Assembly (NCBI GenBank): GCA_965248575.1 | Contig: CBDFJQ010000002.1 | Coordinates: 1,728,001 to 1,792,000, forward strand | Direction of reading: 5' to 3' | DNA: 64,000 bases | Source: Planctomycetota bacterium | Lineage (GTDB): Bacteria > Planctomycetota > B15-G4 | Shown here: positions 28,426-38,400 of the stretch, piece after piece | Layout: each line of letters begins with the position of its first letter | Position numbering within the stretch: position 1 is the first letter of the stretch | Translations under genes and position numbers: made by a program | The notes under the pieces: generated by a model | Databases searched by the model: none | What the model saw: the letters and a program-made list of their open reading frames with translations, nothing else | Told to the model about the DNA's origin: nothing

Positions 28426-30264
28426 ATGTTTCCTGCTCCTTGGAATCACCTCGAATCACCTGCCCGTGCCCCAGCCCGCTGGTCTGGCTTGGCAACGACG
28501 CTCCTGCTGTGCTGCATGGCGCTGTCCTGCGGAGACTCCGAGGCCCCCACATCCGAGAGCGGATCGGCCGGCAGTTCGGTCAATCTGCCCGACTCGGTGA
28601 CCGTCGCCGTCCCCGACACGCCGCTGGTCCACATGGAATTGGTGGAGGACCTCTCCGAAGAGGTGGCCAACGAGATGCTTGGCTTCGCTGACAAGCTGCG
28701 ACGTCGCGATTTCACGGCAGCTGCGGATTGGCTCGCTCCAGACTTCGTCGGACACGCGCTGGTGGGCTTGAGCCCCGACAGCACCGACTCCCTGCCGCTC
28801 GATGCCACGCGCACGGCCTACCTACGGGACAGCGCGCCGATCGTGGGGCGGGCAGATTTCCTGGCCGGACTGAAGTCCGTGATCGGGCCCTGGGAGCGGG
28901 TCGAGTACGCGCAATGGAAGGTGAAGGGCGCCGAGTTTCAGATCGGCAAGCCCCGTTGGGGGCGCATCAAGTACCGCATCACCTTTCTCGGCAGCTCCGA
29001 GGACGGCGGCCCCCGCTCGCTCGTGGCTTGGGGCTATGGGCGCCAGGTCTTCCTGAACGGAGCCTGGAAGCTGCAGGCCTTCGAGCTCACGTCGCTCACT
29101 GAAGAGCAACGCGCGGCCCCCCTGTTCACGGATGTCAGCGCCACGGCAGGCGTGGCCCACGCAGGCATCCGCTTCGGCCAGGCGGGCAACAACAGCTTCG
29201 CGTGGAACGGCGCGGCTGCCGGTGATGTGAACGGCGACGGGCTGGTGGACCTGTTCCTACCCAGTCACCCCGCCAACTTCCTCTATGTGGCTCGCGCCGA
29301 AGGGGGCTTCTCGAACGAGGCCGACTCACGAGGCGTGGACAAACCGGCCGGCGGCACCGGTCCGGTGTTCTTCGACTGGGACAACGACGGCGACCAGGAC
29401 CTGGCTCTCGCCGACGTCGGCTGGACCGACCGGGACGGCAGCGTCAAAGGCAACCCGCTACGGCTCTACGTAAACGACGGTTCGGGCCAGTTCACGGAGC
29501 GCGGTGCAGAGTTCGGCTTCAACGCCCTCTGCTACGGCTACTCCCTCACGGCGCTGGACCACACGCTGGACGGGGCCCTCGACCTGTTCGTGTCCAACTA
29601 TGGTCGGGTGGCCGGCGAGCCGAACAACTCCTGGACCGACGCGTCCAACGGCATGTCGAACATGCTGTTCCAGAACACGGCTGGTACGGGCTTCACCGAC
29701 GTGACGGTCGACGCCGGGCTCACGGACACTCGCTGGACCTACGCCGCGGCCGCCGCCGACCAGGACCTCGACGGCGACCAGGACATCTACGTCGCGAACG
29801 ACTACGCCCGCAACATCTTCTGGCAGAACCAGGGCGATGGCAGCTTCCGGGACGCCGCCAACGACGAGGGCATCAGCGACCTCGGCAACGGCATGGGCAC
29901 GGCCTGGGGAGACCTCGACAACGACGGCCAGCTCGACCTCTACGTGGCCAACATGAGCTCCACGGCGGGCAACCGCATCCTGGGCCGGCTCGAGAAACAG
30001 GACGACGGCGAGACCCAGGACCTGCTGAAGATGGCAGGCGGCAACTCGATCTTCCTGGGCAACACGAGCCTGAGCCCTGAGCCTGAGTCGGGCGACGACG
30101 TGGTTGGGGTCGGACGCAACTTCGAACGGGTCCCCAAGACGCAAGGAGGGGTGGGCGCCAGCTGGGCCTGGAGCCCGGCTGTGGCCGACCTCAACCTGGA
30201 CGGTTGCCTGGACCTCTTCTGCGCCAACGGCTTCGTCACCGGCGATACCGCGGCCGACACCTGA
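28426..30264 (+). CDS. FG-GAP/VCBS repeat lipoprotein, N-terminal part up to an in-frame TGA (probably read through into 30265..31353)
   Basis: LSC lipobox and about six DxD/NxDGxxDL repeats. Ends mid-repeat at ANGFVTGDTAADT-TGA. Confidence 0.85.
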   Translation: MFPAPWNHLESPARAPARWSGLATTLLLCCMALSCGDSEAPTSESGSAGSSVNLPDSVTVAVPDTPLVHMELVEDLSEEVANEMLGFADKLRRRDFTAAADWLAPDFVGHALVGLSPDSTDSLPLDATRTAYLRDSAPIVGRADFLAGLKSVIGPWERVEYAQWKVKGAEFQIGKPRWGRIKYRITFLGSSEDGGPRSLVAWGYGRQVFLNGAWKLQAFELTSLTEEQRAAPLFTDVSATAGVAHAGIRFGQAGNNSFAWNGAAAGDVNGDGLVDLFLPSHPANFLYVARAEGGFSNEADSRGVDKPAGGTGPVFFDWDNDGDQDLALADVGWTDRDGSVKGNPLRLYVNDGSGQFTERGAEFGFNALCYGYSLTALDHTLDGALDLFVSNYGRVAGEPNNSWTDASNGMSNMLFQNTAGTGFTDVTVDAGLTDTRWTYAAAAADQDLDGDQDIYVANDYARNIFWQNQGDGSFRDAANDEGISDLGNGMGTAWGDLDNDGQLDLYVANMSSTAGNRILGRLEKQDDGETQDLLKMAGGNSIFLGNTSLSPEPESGDDVVGVGRNFERVPKTQGGVGASWAWSPAVADLNLDGCLDLFCANGFVTGDTAADT

Positions 30265-31353
30265 AGCACCTACTGGCGCCACGTTGTGGCGTCCTCAGTC
30301 GATGTCCAAGCAGAAGAGAGCATCACCGCAGCACAGGACGTGAACAGCTCGTCCTACCTCGGGCTGCACAACGCCCAGATCTACAAGGACGGCTTGTCCT
30401 TCAGCGGGTCGGAGCGGGACAAGGTCTGGATCAGTCGCGGGCCCGGCCAGGGCTTTGCCGACCTGTCTGATCTCTCCGGCGCCGATGACCCGAACGATGG
30501 TCGCGCCGTCGTGGCGGCCGACTTTGACGACGACGGCGACGTCGACCTCTTCGTGCACAACATCCAGCGCGAACGGCACAAGCTGTTTCGCAACGACGCC
30601 GTGTCCGCTGGCGCCCAAGGTAGCCACTTCCTGAAGCTGAAGCTGCGCGCCACGAGCACCCAGTACGAAGCTGTGGGCGCCTTGGTGGTGGTGACCGGCC
30701 CCCACGGACCGACAGGGCAAGTCCTCTCGCGCGGCGCCGGCTTCGAGTCCTGCCAGGCCGACGAACTCGTCTTTGGCCTCGGGGAGCAGGACACGGCCCA
30801 GGTGGAGGTGGTCTGGCCCGGCGGCAAGCGGGAGTCCTTCGGCCAGCTTCCCAACGGTGCTCGCATGCTGTTGGTGGAAGGCAGCGCAGAGGGCACGCCC
30901 TATGCTGCCCAGCCCCGTCCCCTGCCCGACCCCTTGCCGCCCGGTCTGCTGCTCGAAGAGGGCGACATGCTGCCGACGCTCCTGCTGACTAGCGGCGACG
31001 GACAGGCAGCCTCCTTGGATGTGCGGACACTTGCGGACGGCAAGCCGCTCTTCCTCAACTTGTGGGCCAGCTACTGCGCCCCCTGCGTGGCAGAGATTCC
31101 AGACCTGCAGGCCTTGCAGGATGCGGGCGAGGTGCGCGTCGTGGGTGTCAGCGTGGACGCGCCGGGCTCCCGGGAGTCAGCTGAGGCGCTGCTCAAGAAG
31201 CGCGGTGGCAACTACCCTTCCTTCTATCTGGACGAAGACGCCGGAGGACTGGAAGCCCTGGTGGACCTGGAACGGCTGCCGATCCCTACGACGCTCGTGA
31301 TCAGTGCCGAAGGGCGCATCGAGAGCATCATGAGGGGCCCCATCGGGCGCTGA
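30265..31353 (+). CDS. FG-GAP remainder + ASPIC/UnbV + TlpA-like thioredoxin domain (continuation of the upstream frame)
   Basis: Same frame as 28426..30264. DFDDDGDVDLFVHN, AVGALV...LVFGLG...VVWPGG (UnbV), LNLWASYCAPCVAEIP and IPTT (TlpA). Confidence 0.85.
   Translation, partial: STYWRHVVASSVDVQAEESITAAQDVNSSSYLGLHNAQIYKDGLSFSGSERDKVWISRGPGQGFADLSDLSGADDPNDGRAVVAADFDDDGDVDLFVHNIQRERHKLFRNDAVSAGAQGSHFLKLKLRATSTQYEAVGALVVVTGPHGPTGQVLSRGAGFESCQADELVFGLGEQDTAQVEVVWPGGKRESFGQLPNGARMLLVEGSAEGTPYAAQPRPLPDPLPPGLLLEEGDMLPTLLLTSGDGQAASLDVRTLADGKPLFLNLWASYCAPCVAEIPDLQALQDAGEVRVVGVSVDAPGSRESAEALLKKRGGNYPSFYLDEDAGGLEALVDLERLPIPTTLVISAEGRIESIMRGPIGR
30275..30293 (+). promoter_or_regulatory. SECIS-like hairpin downstream of the in-frame TGA
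   Basis: GGCGCCAC-GTT-GTGGCGTC forms an 8-bp stem with one G-U pair. The apical loop begins with GU, 18 nt after the UGA. Confidence 0.6.
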
Positions 31354-31538
31354 GTGCCCGTTGAGCCATCGCTGAAAGCCGCTCGTCGATGCTCGGCTCT
31401 CCAGAGCAGATCTCGGCCTGAGGGAGCGCGCTTGAGTTCCGCGCGTGTTCTTGACGAAGGCAGCGCAGTCAGCTCAGCCCGAGCAGGGCATACTGGTGGA
31501 AAGCCGCCAGCCCGCTCTGACCTCGAACCCCGAATCGA

Positions 31539-33338
31539 ATGGCTTCACCCATCATGCTGCGTGGACGACCTGCTCGTGCCCTGCTGGCCCTCGCCGTGCT
31601 TGGGTGGCTGGGGTCCGGCCAGCTCCAGGCCCAGTTCAGCCTCACGGGTGAGGTCCTGCACGAAGACCCGGTCAACATCCTGCTGATCATTGCGGACGAC
31701 CTGGGCGTAGAAGGCGTGGGCGTGTATGGCGAGCACCCGAACCCGCCGCGCACACCGAACATCGATGCCCTGGCTTCCAGGGGGCTGCTGTTCCGGAACT
31801 GTTGGGCCAATCCCGGTTGCTCCCCCACCCGCGCCACCCTGCTCACAGGCCGTTACTCCTTCCGCACCGGCATCGGCCAGGCCATCAACTACTTCTTGAG
31901 CCCGATCGAGCTCTCACCCAAGGAGGTGGGGCTGCCCCAGGTGCTCGACAGTCGCTACCGCAAGGTCGCGTTCGGCAAGTGGCACCTGGCCAAGCTCAGC
32001 GAGTCGGGCGTGCGCCACCCCAAGCACTTCGGCTTCGACAGCTTCGCCGGCAGCATGAAGATCCTCAATGGCTTCGTGAGCGAGGCTTACTACGACTGGG
32101 AGAAGGTCACCAACGGCAAGACCGAACAAACCCATACCTACGCCACCACCGACACGGTCAATGACGCCCTTCATTTCATCGAAGAGGCGGACGGGCCCTG
32201 GTTCATGTGGCTTGCGTTCCATGCACCACACTCCCCCTTCCACAAGCCGCCTGCACGCCTGCACGGCTACGACCTGCCGGTCATTGTGAAGGATGATCTC
32301 GCGCTGCACATGTACGCCATGATGGAGGCGCTGGACACGGAGATCGGGCGACTCCTGCAAAACATGGACCCGGAGGTGCGCGACAACACCGTCATCATCT
32401 TCGTGGGGGACAACGGCAGCCCCGCCAGCGTCACCGTCCCCCCCTACAACCCCAAGCACGCCAAGAACACGCTCTATGAAGGTGGGCTCAACGTGCCGTT
32501 GATCGTGGCCGGGCCGGGCGTGGCCGAGGGAGCCGAGAGCGGCGCGCTGGTGAACACCACGGACATCTTCGCCACCGTGCTGGACGTTTCGGAGCCGCCC
32601 CTACACCAGGCGACGGCCAAGCCCCCGGCCGACTCCGTCTCCTTCCGTCCGTTCTTCAGCGACCCGGGGGCCTCCTCCCTACGACCGTGGGTGTACGCCG
32701 AGCGCTTCCTTCCCAACGGCTTCAACCCCGTAGAGACCCGGCGCGCGATGCGCGAGAACCGCTTCAAGCTGATCCAATCCCTGGATCACACCGACACCGT
32801 GGTGCTCGAAGAGCTGTACGACCTCGTGGACGATCCGACCGAGGACAACGACCTGATGTTGGTCCCGGCCCTCTCGCCCACGACCCAGGTCATCTATCAA
32901 TACCTGCACGACGAGATGGCCTTCCTCGACCCGCCCAGCCCTTGGACGCATCTGGACGACGGCAGCGTGCTGAAGAGCAGTGCTCCCCAGCTCCAAGCGA
33001 GCGGTTCCCCCAGCGCCGGAGCCGTACTCCAACTCTCCCTGACCCAAGCCCCAGCAAACACCCTGACGCTGCTGGTGACGGGCTACAGCGCCTCAACGAC
33101 CGTCCCCTACCAGGAAGGGGTGCTGCACCCCGACGTGCGCCGCTTGTTCCCCACCCGCACCGACAGCAACGGTCGGGTGAATCTCGCAGCCCGCTGGCCA
33201 GCACACGCCCCCGAAACCGGCGCCCTGGCCTTCCAGTTCCTCTTCCCCGCCCAAACCAAGCGCAAGAGCGCCGCCAATTCAGCCCCCCCCACGCGCTCCA
33301 ACGCCATCCAGCTCCAGCTCACCAGCGCCCAGCCCTAG
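31539..33338 (+). CDS. formylglycine-type arylsulfatase with extra C-terminal domain
   Basis: Signal peptide, NILLIIADDLG, CSPTRATLLTGRY, GKWHL, GDNG and YEGG.NVPLIV. Confidence 0.93.
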   Translation: MASPIMLRGRPARALLALAVLGWLGSGQLQAQFSLTGEVLHEDPVNILLIIADDLGVEGVGVYGEHPNPPRTPNIDALASRGLLFRNCWANPGCSPTRATLLTGRYSFRTGIGQAINYFLSPIELSPKEVGLPQVLDSRYRKVAFGKWHLAKLSESGVRHPKHFGFDSFAGSMKILNGFVSEAYYDWEKVTNGKTEQTHTYATTDTVNDALHFIEEADGPWFMWLAFHAPHSPFHKPPARLHGYDLPVIVKDDLALHMYAMMEALDTEIGRLLQNMDPEVRDNTVIIFVGDNGSPASVTVPPYNPKHAKNTLYEGGLNVPLIVAGPGVAEGAESGALVNTTDIFATVLDVSEPPLHQATAKPPADSVSFRPFFSDPGASSLRPWVYAERFLPNGFNPVETRRAMRENRFKLIQSLDHTDTVVLEELYDLVDDPTEDNDLMLVPALSPTTQVIYQYLHDEMAFLDPPSPWTHLDDGSVLKSSAPQLQASGSPSAGAVLQLSLTQAPANTLTLLVTGYSASTTVPYQEGVLHPDVRRLFPTRTDSNGRVNLAARWPAHAPETGALAFQFLFPAQTKRKSAANSAPPTRSNAIQLQLTSAQP

Positions 33339-33384
33339 CTCGGAGCCCCTCGCGGTTCGCAGCAGCCCTCGAGCAAACCCGCCC

Positions 33385-35316
33385 TCAGGCCGATCGCTCT
33401 TCGAGCTGTTCCCAACGAGCATAGGCCTCCAAGACCTGCTGCTCAGCTGCCGCACGCTTCTGCTCCACCTCACGCCGCTTCTCCCTGGGTCCGGCGTACA
33501 AATCCGGCTGCGCCAACTGCTCGTCCAAGGACACGACCAGCGCCTCGGCCGCTGCAATCCGATCGGGCAGCGCGTCGTATTCGTTCTGCTCCCAGTTACT
33601 CAAGCGCTTGGGAGCAGAAGCCGGCGGCACGGCGTCGGCTTCGCGCGCCGCACGTCGCTTCGCGCGGACCTGGTTCTCTTCCGAACGCTCTGCCTGCTTG
33701 CGCTCCTCCACCATGCGCTCGATCAAGCGGCTCACTGCGCAGGCGTCCTGGCGCGCGTTGCCCTCACCGTCCAGGTGCACGACACGCGTGGCCACACGGT
33801 CCAGGAAGTAGCGGTCGTGGCTCACCACCAACACCGTGCCGGGGAAAGCCACCAGGGCCTCCTCCAAGGCGCGCAACGTCATGAGGTCCAGGTCGTTGGT
33901 GGGTTCGTCCAGCAGCAGCACATTGCCACCGGCGCACAGCAGCTTGGCCAGCAACACGCGGTTGCGCTCGCCGCCCGAGAGCTTGCCCACCAAGGCGTGC
34001 TTCTGATCCCCGGCAAAGAGGAACTGATCCAGGAAGCTCTCCACCCGGCGCACGTCCTCGCCCACGCGCACATGGGCGCCCACCCCGGCCACCTCCTGGG
34101 ACACAGTCTTGTACGGGTCCAGCTGGGTGCGCTTCTGATCGATGGACGCGAAGCGCACGGTCTCACCCACGATGACGCTCCCTGCGTCGGGCTCCAACAC
34201 TCCCTCCAGCAGTCGCAACAAGGTGCTCTTGCCAGCGCCGTTGGGACCGATGATGCCCAGGCGTTCCCCGGCGCCCAGCTCGAGATCCAGATTGCGCAAG
34301 ACAGTGCGGCCGTCGAAGGCCTTGGTCAGGCCGTGGGTGGCGAGCACCTTGGTGCCCAGGCGCGGCCCGGGAGGCAGGCGGAACTCCAAACCAGCCGAGC
34401 TGCGCTCCGGGGCCGCGTCGACCAGATCTTCATAGCGGTCGATGCGGGCCTTCGCCTTGGTGCTCCGTGCCGGAGGGCCGCGGCGCATCCAGGCCGTCTC
34501 CCGGCGCAACAGATTGCAGCGCGCCGACTCCACCCGGCGTGCGCCTTCCAGGCGTGCCATGCGCGCCACGAGATAGTCGCCGTAGCCGCCCACGTACTCG
34601 TGCGCCACCCCGCCATCCACCTCGATGATGCGATCCACCACGCGATCGAGCACATAGCGATCGTGGGTGACCATCAGCAAGGACGCCCGGGACTCCAGCA
34701 GGTAGTCCTCCAACCAATCGATGGTCTCCACGTCGAGGTGGTTGGTGGGCTCGTCCAGCAAGAGCAGGTCGGGCTCGGACAAGAGCAGCCGGGCCAAGGC
34801 CACACGCCGCGCCTCGCCGCCTGAGAGTTCGGTGCAGGTGCGGTTGGGGTCGAGCAGACCCAGGCCCGCCAGCAATGCGTCCACCCTGTGGTCGACCTCG
34901 TACCCACCAAGGGACGCCAGCCGGTCTTCGAGCCGGGCCTGGTCCGCCAGCAGGCGCTCCACCTCTTGGGGGCCGGCGCAGGCCACCTCGAGCGCGGCGT
35001 GCACCCGTGAAATCTCGTCCAGCACCTCCGCCCGCCCTTCGAGCCCCTCGCGCACGGCTTCGCGCAAGGTGGCAGCCGCCGGGAGTACGGGTTCCTGCTC
35101 GAGATAACCCACCGACAGCCCACGTTTGGGGATCACATCCCCCTCATCCGCCGTCTCCAGACTGGCGGCGATGCGCAGCAAGGTGGTCTTTCCACAGCCG
35201 TTGGCGCCCAGCAGGCCCACTCGCTCCCGCTCCTGCACGAACAGCGAGATCCCGCGCAGCAGATGGCGGTCGCCATAGGTCTTGTGGATCTCTTGCAGCG
35301 TCATCAGGGCAGCCAT
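33385..35316 (-). CDS. uup: ABC-F family ATPase (Uup-like)
   Basis: Two NBDs (GANGCGKTT, GPNGAGKST), two LSGGE motifs, LDEPTNHLD, an ARSTKAKARI linker and a C-terminal coiled coil ending RWEQLE. Confidence 0.88.
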   Translation of the reverse strand: MAALMTLQEIHKTYGDRHLLRGISLFVQERERVGLLGANGCGKTTLLRIAASLETADEGDVIPKRGLSVGYLEQEPVLPAAATLREAVREGLEGRAEVLDEISRVHAALEVACAGPQEVERLLADQARLEDRLASLGGYEVDHRVDALLAGLGLLDPNRTCTELSGGEARRVALARLLLSEPDLLLLDEPTNHLDVETIDWLEDYLLESRASLLMVTHDRYVLDRVVDRIIEVDGGVAHEYVGGYGDYLVARMARLEGARRVESARCNLLRRETAWMRRGPPARSTKAKARIDRYEDLVDAAPERSSAGLEFRLPPGPRLGTKVLATHGLTKAFDGRTVLRNLDLELGAGERLGIIGPNGAGKSTLLRLLEGVLEPDAGSVIVGETVRFASIDQKRTQLDPYKTVSQEVAGVGAHVRVGEDVRRVESFLDQFLFAGDQKHALVGKLSGGERNRVLLAKLLCAGGNVLLLDEPTNDLDLMTLRALEEALVAFPGTVLVVSHDRYFLDRVATRVVHLDGEGNARQDACAVSRLIERMVEERKQAERSEENQVRAKRRAAREADAVPPASAPKRLSNWEQNEYDALPDRIAAAEALVVSLDEQLAQPDLYAGPREKRREVEQKRAAAEQQVLEAYARWEQLEERSA

Positions 35317-35408
35317 GGCGCGGGAGGATAGCACCCGCTGTCTCCCTTTGACTGCGCGCATGCTCCAATGGTGGGCCCCCCGGTTGTGGGTCTTGAGGAG
35401 GAGTCGGT

Positions 35409-38400
35409 ATGAGCAGCTCGCTGCGATGGATCCTGTTGCTGGTCATGGCGCTCGCTGTCGTCGGCGTCGCCCTCTGGTTGGACGGCGAACCAGCGGCGGA
35501 GATCGCGGGCGGGTCTTTGACGGGCCCTGGGTCGACTGACCCTGGCCGTGGCCCGGAAGAGGCTGACCTGCCGAGCACCTGGGACGATGCGCCCCAGCCC
35601 GTGGCCGCCGAACCCGAGGCACTGCGTGTCGAGCACGCTTCCAGCCTCGCCGCCTCAACCAAGGCTGAGCAGGCACCGCGGCTCCGCGTCCAGGTACTGG
35701 GGCGTCTCGTCTCCGTCGAGGGTCGACCGGTCGCCGACGCCACTGTCTCCCTCATGGACGGCCCCGTGCCCCACCTCCAGGCCGCCATCATGGGTGGCGC
35801 CCTCGGGGACATCGCCGATGAGCAGGACGAGGGCGGCGAACCGCGAGCCAAAGTGACGACACTTCTGGGCATCGGCCGGGACACCACCGACAAGGACGGC
35901 CGCTTTCGCATCGACGCCCCGCTGCCGAAGGAAGACGGTAACAGGGAAGAGGCCATCCCCTTCCTCGACACTTCGCTGCTCAGCGGATCACGACTCTACG
36001 TGCAACACCCAGCTTTCGTGGCGGGCGAACACCCCGTCCCCAGCCTGGTGGCCGGAGAAGTGGACGCCGGAACGCTTGTGCTGGAGGCCGCTGGCCGCAT
36101 CACGGGCCGGGTGCTGGCGGCGGATGGCACGCCCCTGGACGGTGCACGCCTGGCCGTCCAAGAGGTCAAGAACCGTAAGGCCGGACTCGGAGAGCTGTTC
36201 AGCTTGATCAGTGGCAGCCCCGAGGCCGCGCTCACGTCCGAGTTGTCGGGAACCGACGGCCGCTTTCAAATGGGCGGCATGACCGCGGGCCGTTACACCT
36301 TGGCCGTGCAGGGCAAGGGGCACCCCCTGCTCGTCAGCGACGAGCTGGACGTCGTGGCGGGCCTGAGCATCGACGTGGGCGATCTGCGCCTGGCACGCGG
36401 TAGCTTCCTCGCCGGTCGCGTGCTGGACGGAGAGGGCCAAGCTGTTCCTGATTTGAAGGTGAATGCAGCGGCCCAGCTCTCCTCGGACGGGTTGGATGCG
36501 ATCTCGGGCTTGAGCACGCGATTGCTCGTGGGCGGCATGAGCAGCTCGGACTGGACGGACGAGGGAGGCAACTTCCGTATCGAGGGAGTGCCATCAGGGA
36601 CGCACGACCTGAAACTCGGCGGCCGGGACACGGGCTGGAGCCATCTCGAGCTGGACGATGTCGCCAGTGGCCGACGGGATGTGGAGCTCGTGGTGCATCG
36701 GCTGGGACACCTCCTGGTGACCGTACAAGACACCGACGGCCGGCCGATCCTCGGCGAGCTGAGCCTGAAACCGAAACGCTCCGAAGACGACCACCTGCTC
36801 TCGGTCTACACCCGGGACGAGCTGGCCGCGGACCTGGCATCCACGTCGAACAGCAAGAAGATCGCGCGCCTGAGCTCCCTGCCCGAGATTCCGCAAGGCG
36901 CCTACCTGCTCCGCTACGCCGGACGGGAAGGCACTGAACTCCGGATCAGCGGGGACGGCTACGCCACCTCCGTCCACGAGCTGCCGGCCGTGCTGGGGCC
37001 AGGCGTCGACACCCATCTCCTGCGCCTGCAGCCTGAATCGGTGCTCGCAGGCCGCGTCGTGGATGAGCAAGGCGCCCCGATCGTGGGGGCGACGGTCCGG
37101 GCGAAGGTGCCCGGGGGCGGCGGCAACGATTTCGGCTCCCTGCTCGCTGAAGGCTTCGACGCCAGCCGCAGCAGCTCCAACACCAAGATCACCACGGTGA
37201 CCACCACGAGCACCGGGGGCGACGACCCGCCGACGGTGACGAGCCAATCTTCATCGCCCAGCTCTGTCAGCGCCAGGTCTCGCAAGACCACGACCGATGC
37301 CGAGGGGCGCTTCCGCCTCGCGGGCCTCTCGGCGGGCACCTGGGAGCTTTCGGCGTCCTCCCGGCTCAGCATGGGCTCCGAGCCCCAGACGCTCTCGCTG
37401 AATGCGTCAGAGCAGCGCACGGATCTCGAACTCGTGCTGCCCAAGGGCGGCAGCATCGTGGGAGTGGTGGTGGATTCCTCTAGCCAACCCGTGGAGGGTG
37501 TTCGCATCGCCGTCGCCGTGCTGCGCACGGGGGGCTTGCTGGCCGGGCTCGCAGACCTCCAAGGCAACGTCGAACGGGAGATGGCCGCCAGCCTGGGGGC
37601 CATGGGTGACGACCGGGTCGTGAGCACAGACAGCGACGGGCACTTCGAGGTGCACGGCCTGCGCCCCGAGCACTACAGCGTCACCCTGAAGAAGCAGAGC
37701 ACGTCAGCCATCAGTCTCGACCTGGCGGGCCTCTTGAGCGGGCCGCCTCCCGAGGACGAACGCACACGCCACGTACAGGTGCTCGCCAACGAGAGCACGC
37801 AGGTGGACTTCGTGCGCCCCTCTCTCGGAGATCTCGAGGTGCGCGTCACGGCTGCAGGCCAGGCGGTCGCCGGGGCCGACGTCTCCTTGTCCGATCTCTC
37901 CAACAGCTTCATGGGCGTGAACCTGTCCCTCGACGGGCGCATCGAGCGCACGAACAGCGACGGCGTGGCGACCTTCCAGGAATTGGAGCCGGGCGGGTAC
38001 GGCGTGCAGGCCATGGTCCCCGGCGCCCTGCACCTGGAGGAGAGTGAGGTCGAGATGGAAGGTGGCCGAACCCAAGAACTGCATCTGACGTTCGGCGGCA
38101 TCACCCTGCGCGGCTCCGTCGTGGACGACCTGGACAACAGCAAGACGGCCGGCGCCCTCGTGCACCTGCGCCGCGCGGACCCGGAACAGGACGCGGCGCC
38201 CAGCGCCCTGGAGAGCCTCTTCGGCCAGAGTGTCAACGTAAACGTCAAGGTCGGCGACCAGAGCAACCGCAGCTCCGATGCGTCCGGCCTCTTCGGCTTC
38301 TCCGAGGAGTCCGTCGCGACGGACAGCAACGGTGAGTTCGAGATGAAGTTCCTCTCGCCCGGGCGCTGGGAAGTCTGGGCCGATGGCGACAACTGGGTGC

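Noticed and set aside
30262..30264. Genome-wide TGA reassignment (Trp/Gly) as the explanation for the in-frame TGA
   Set aside because: TGA terminates many complete genes in this window (lpxK, pyrH, frr, ABC subunits), often in ATGA/GTGA overlaps.
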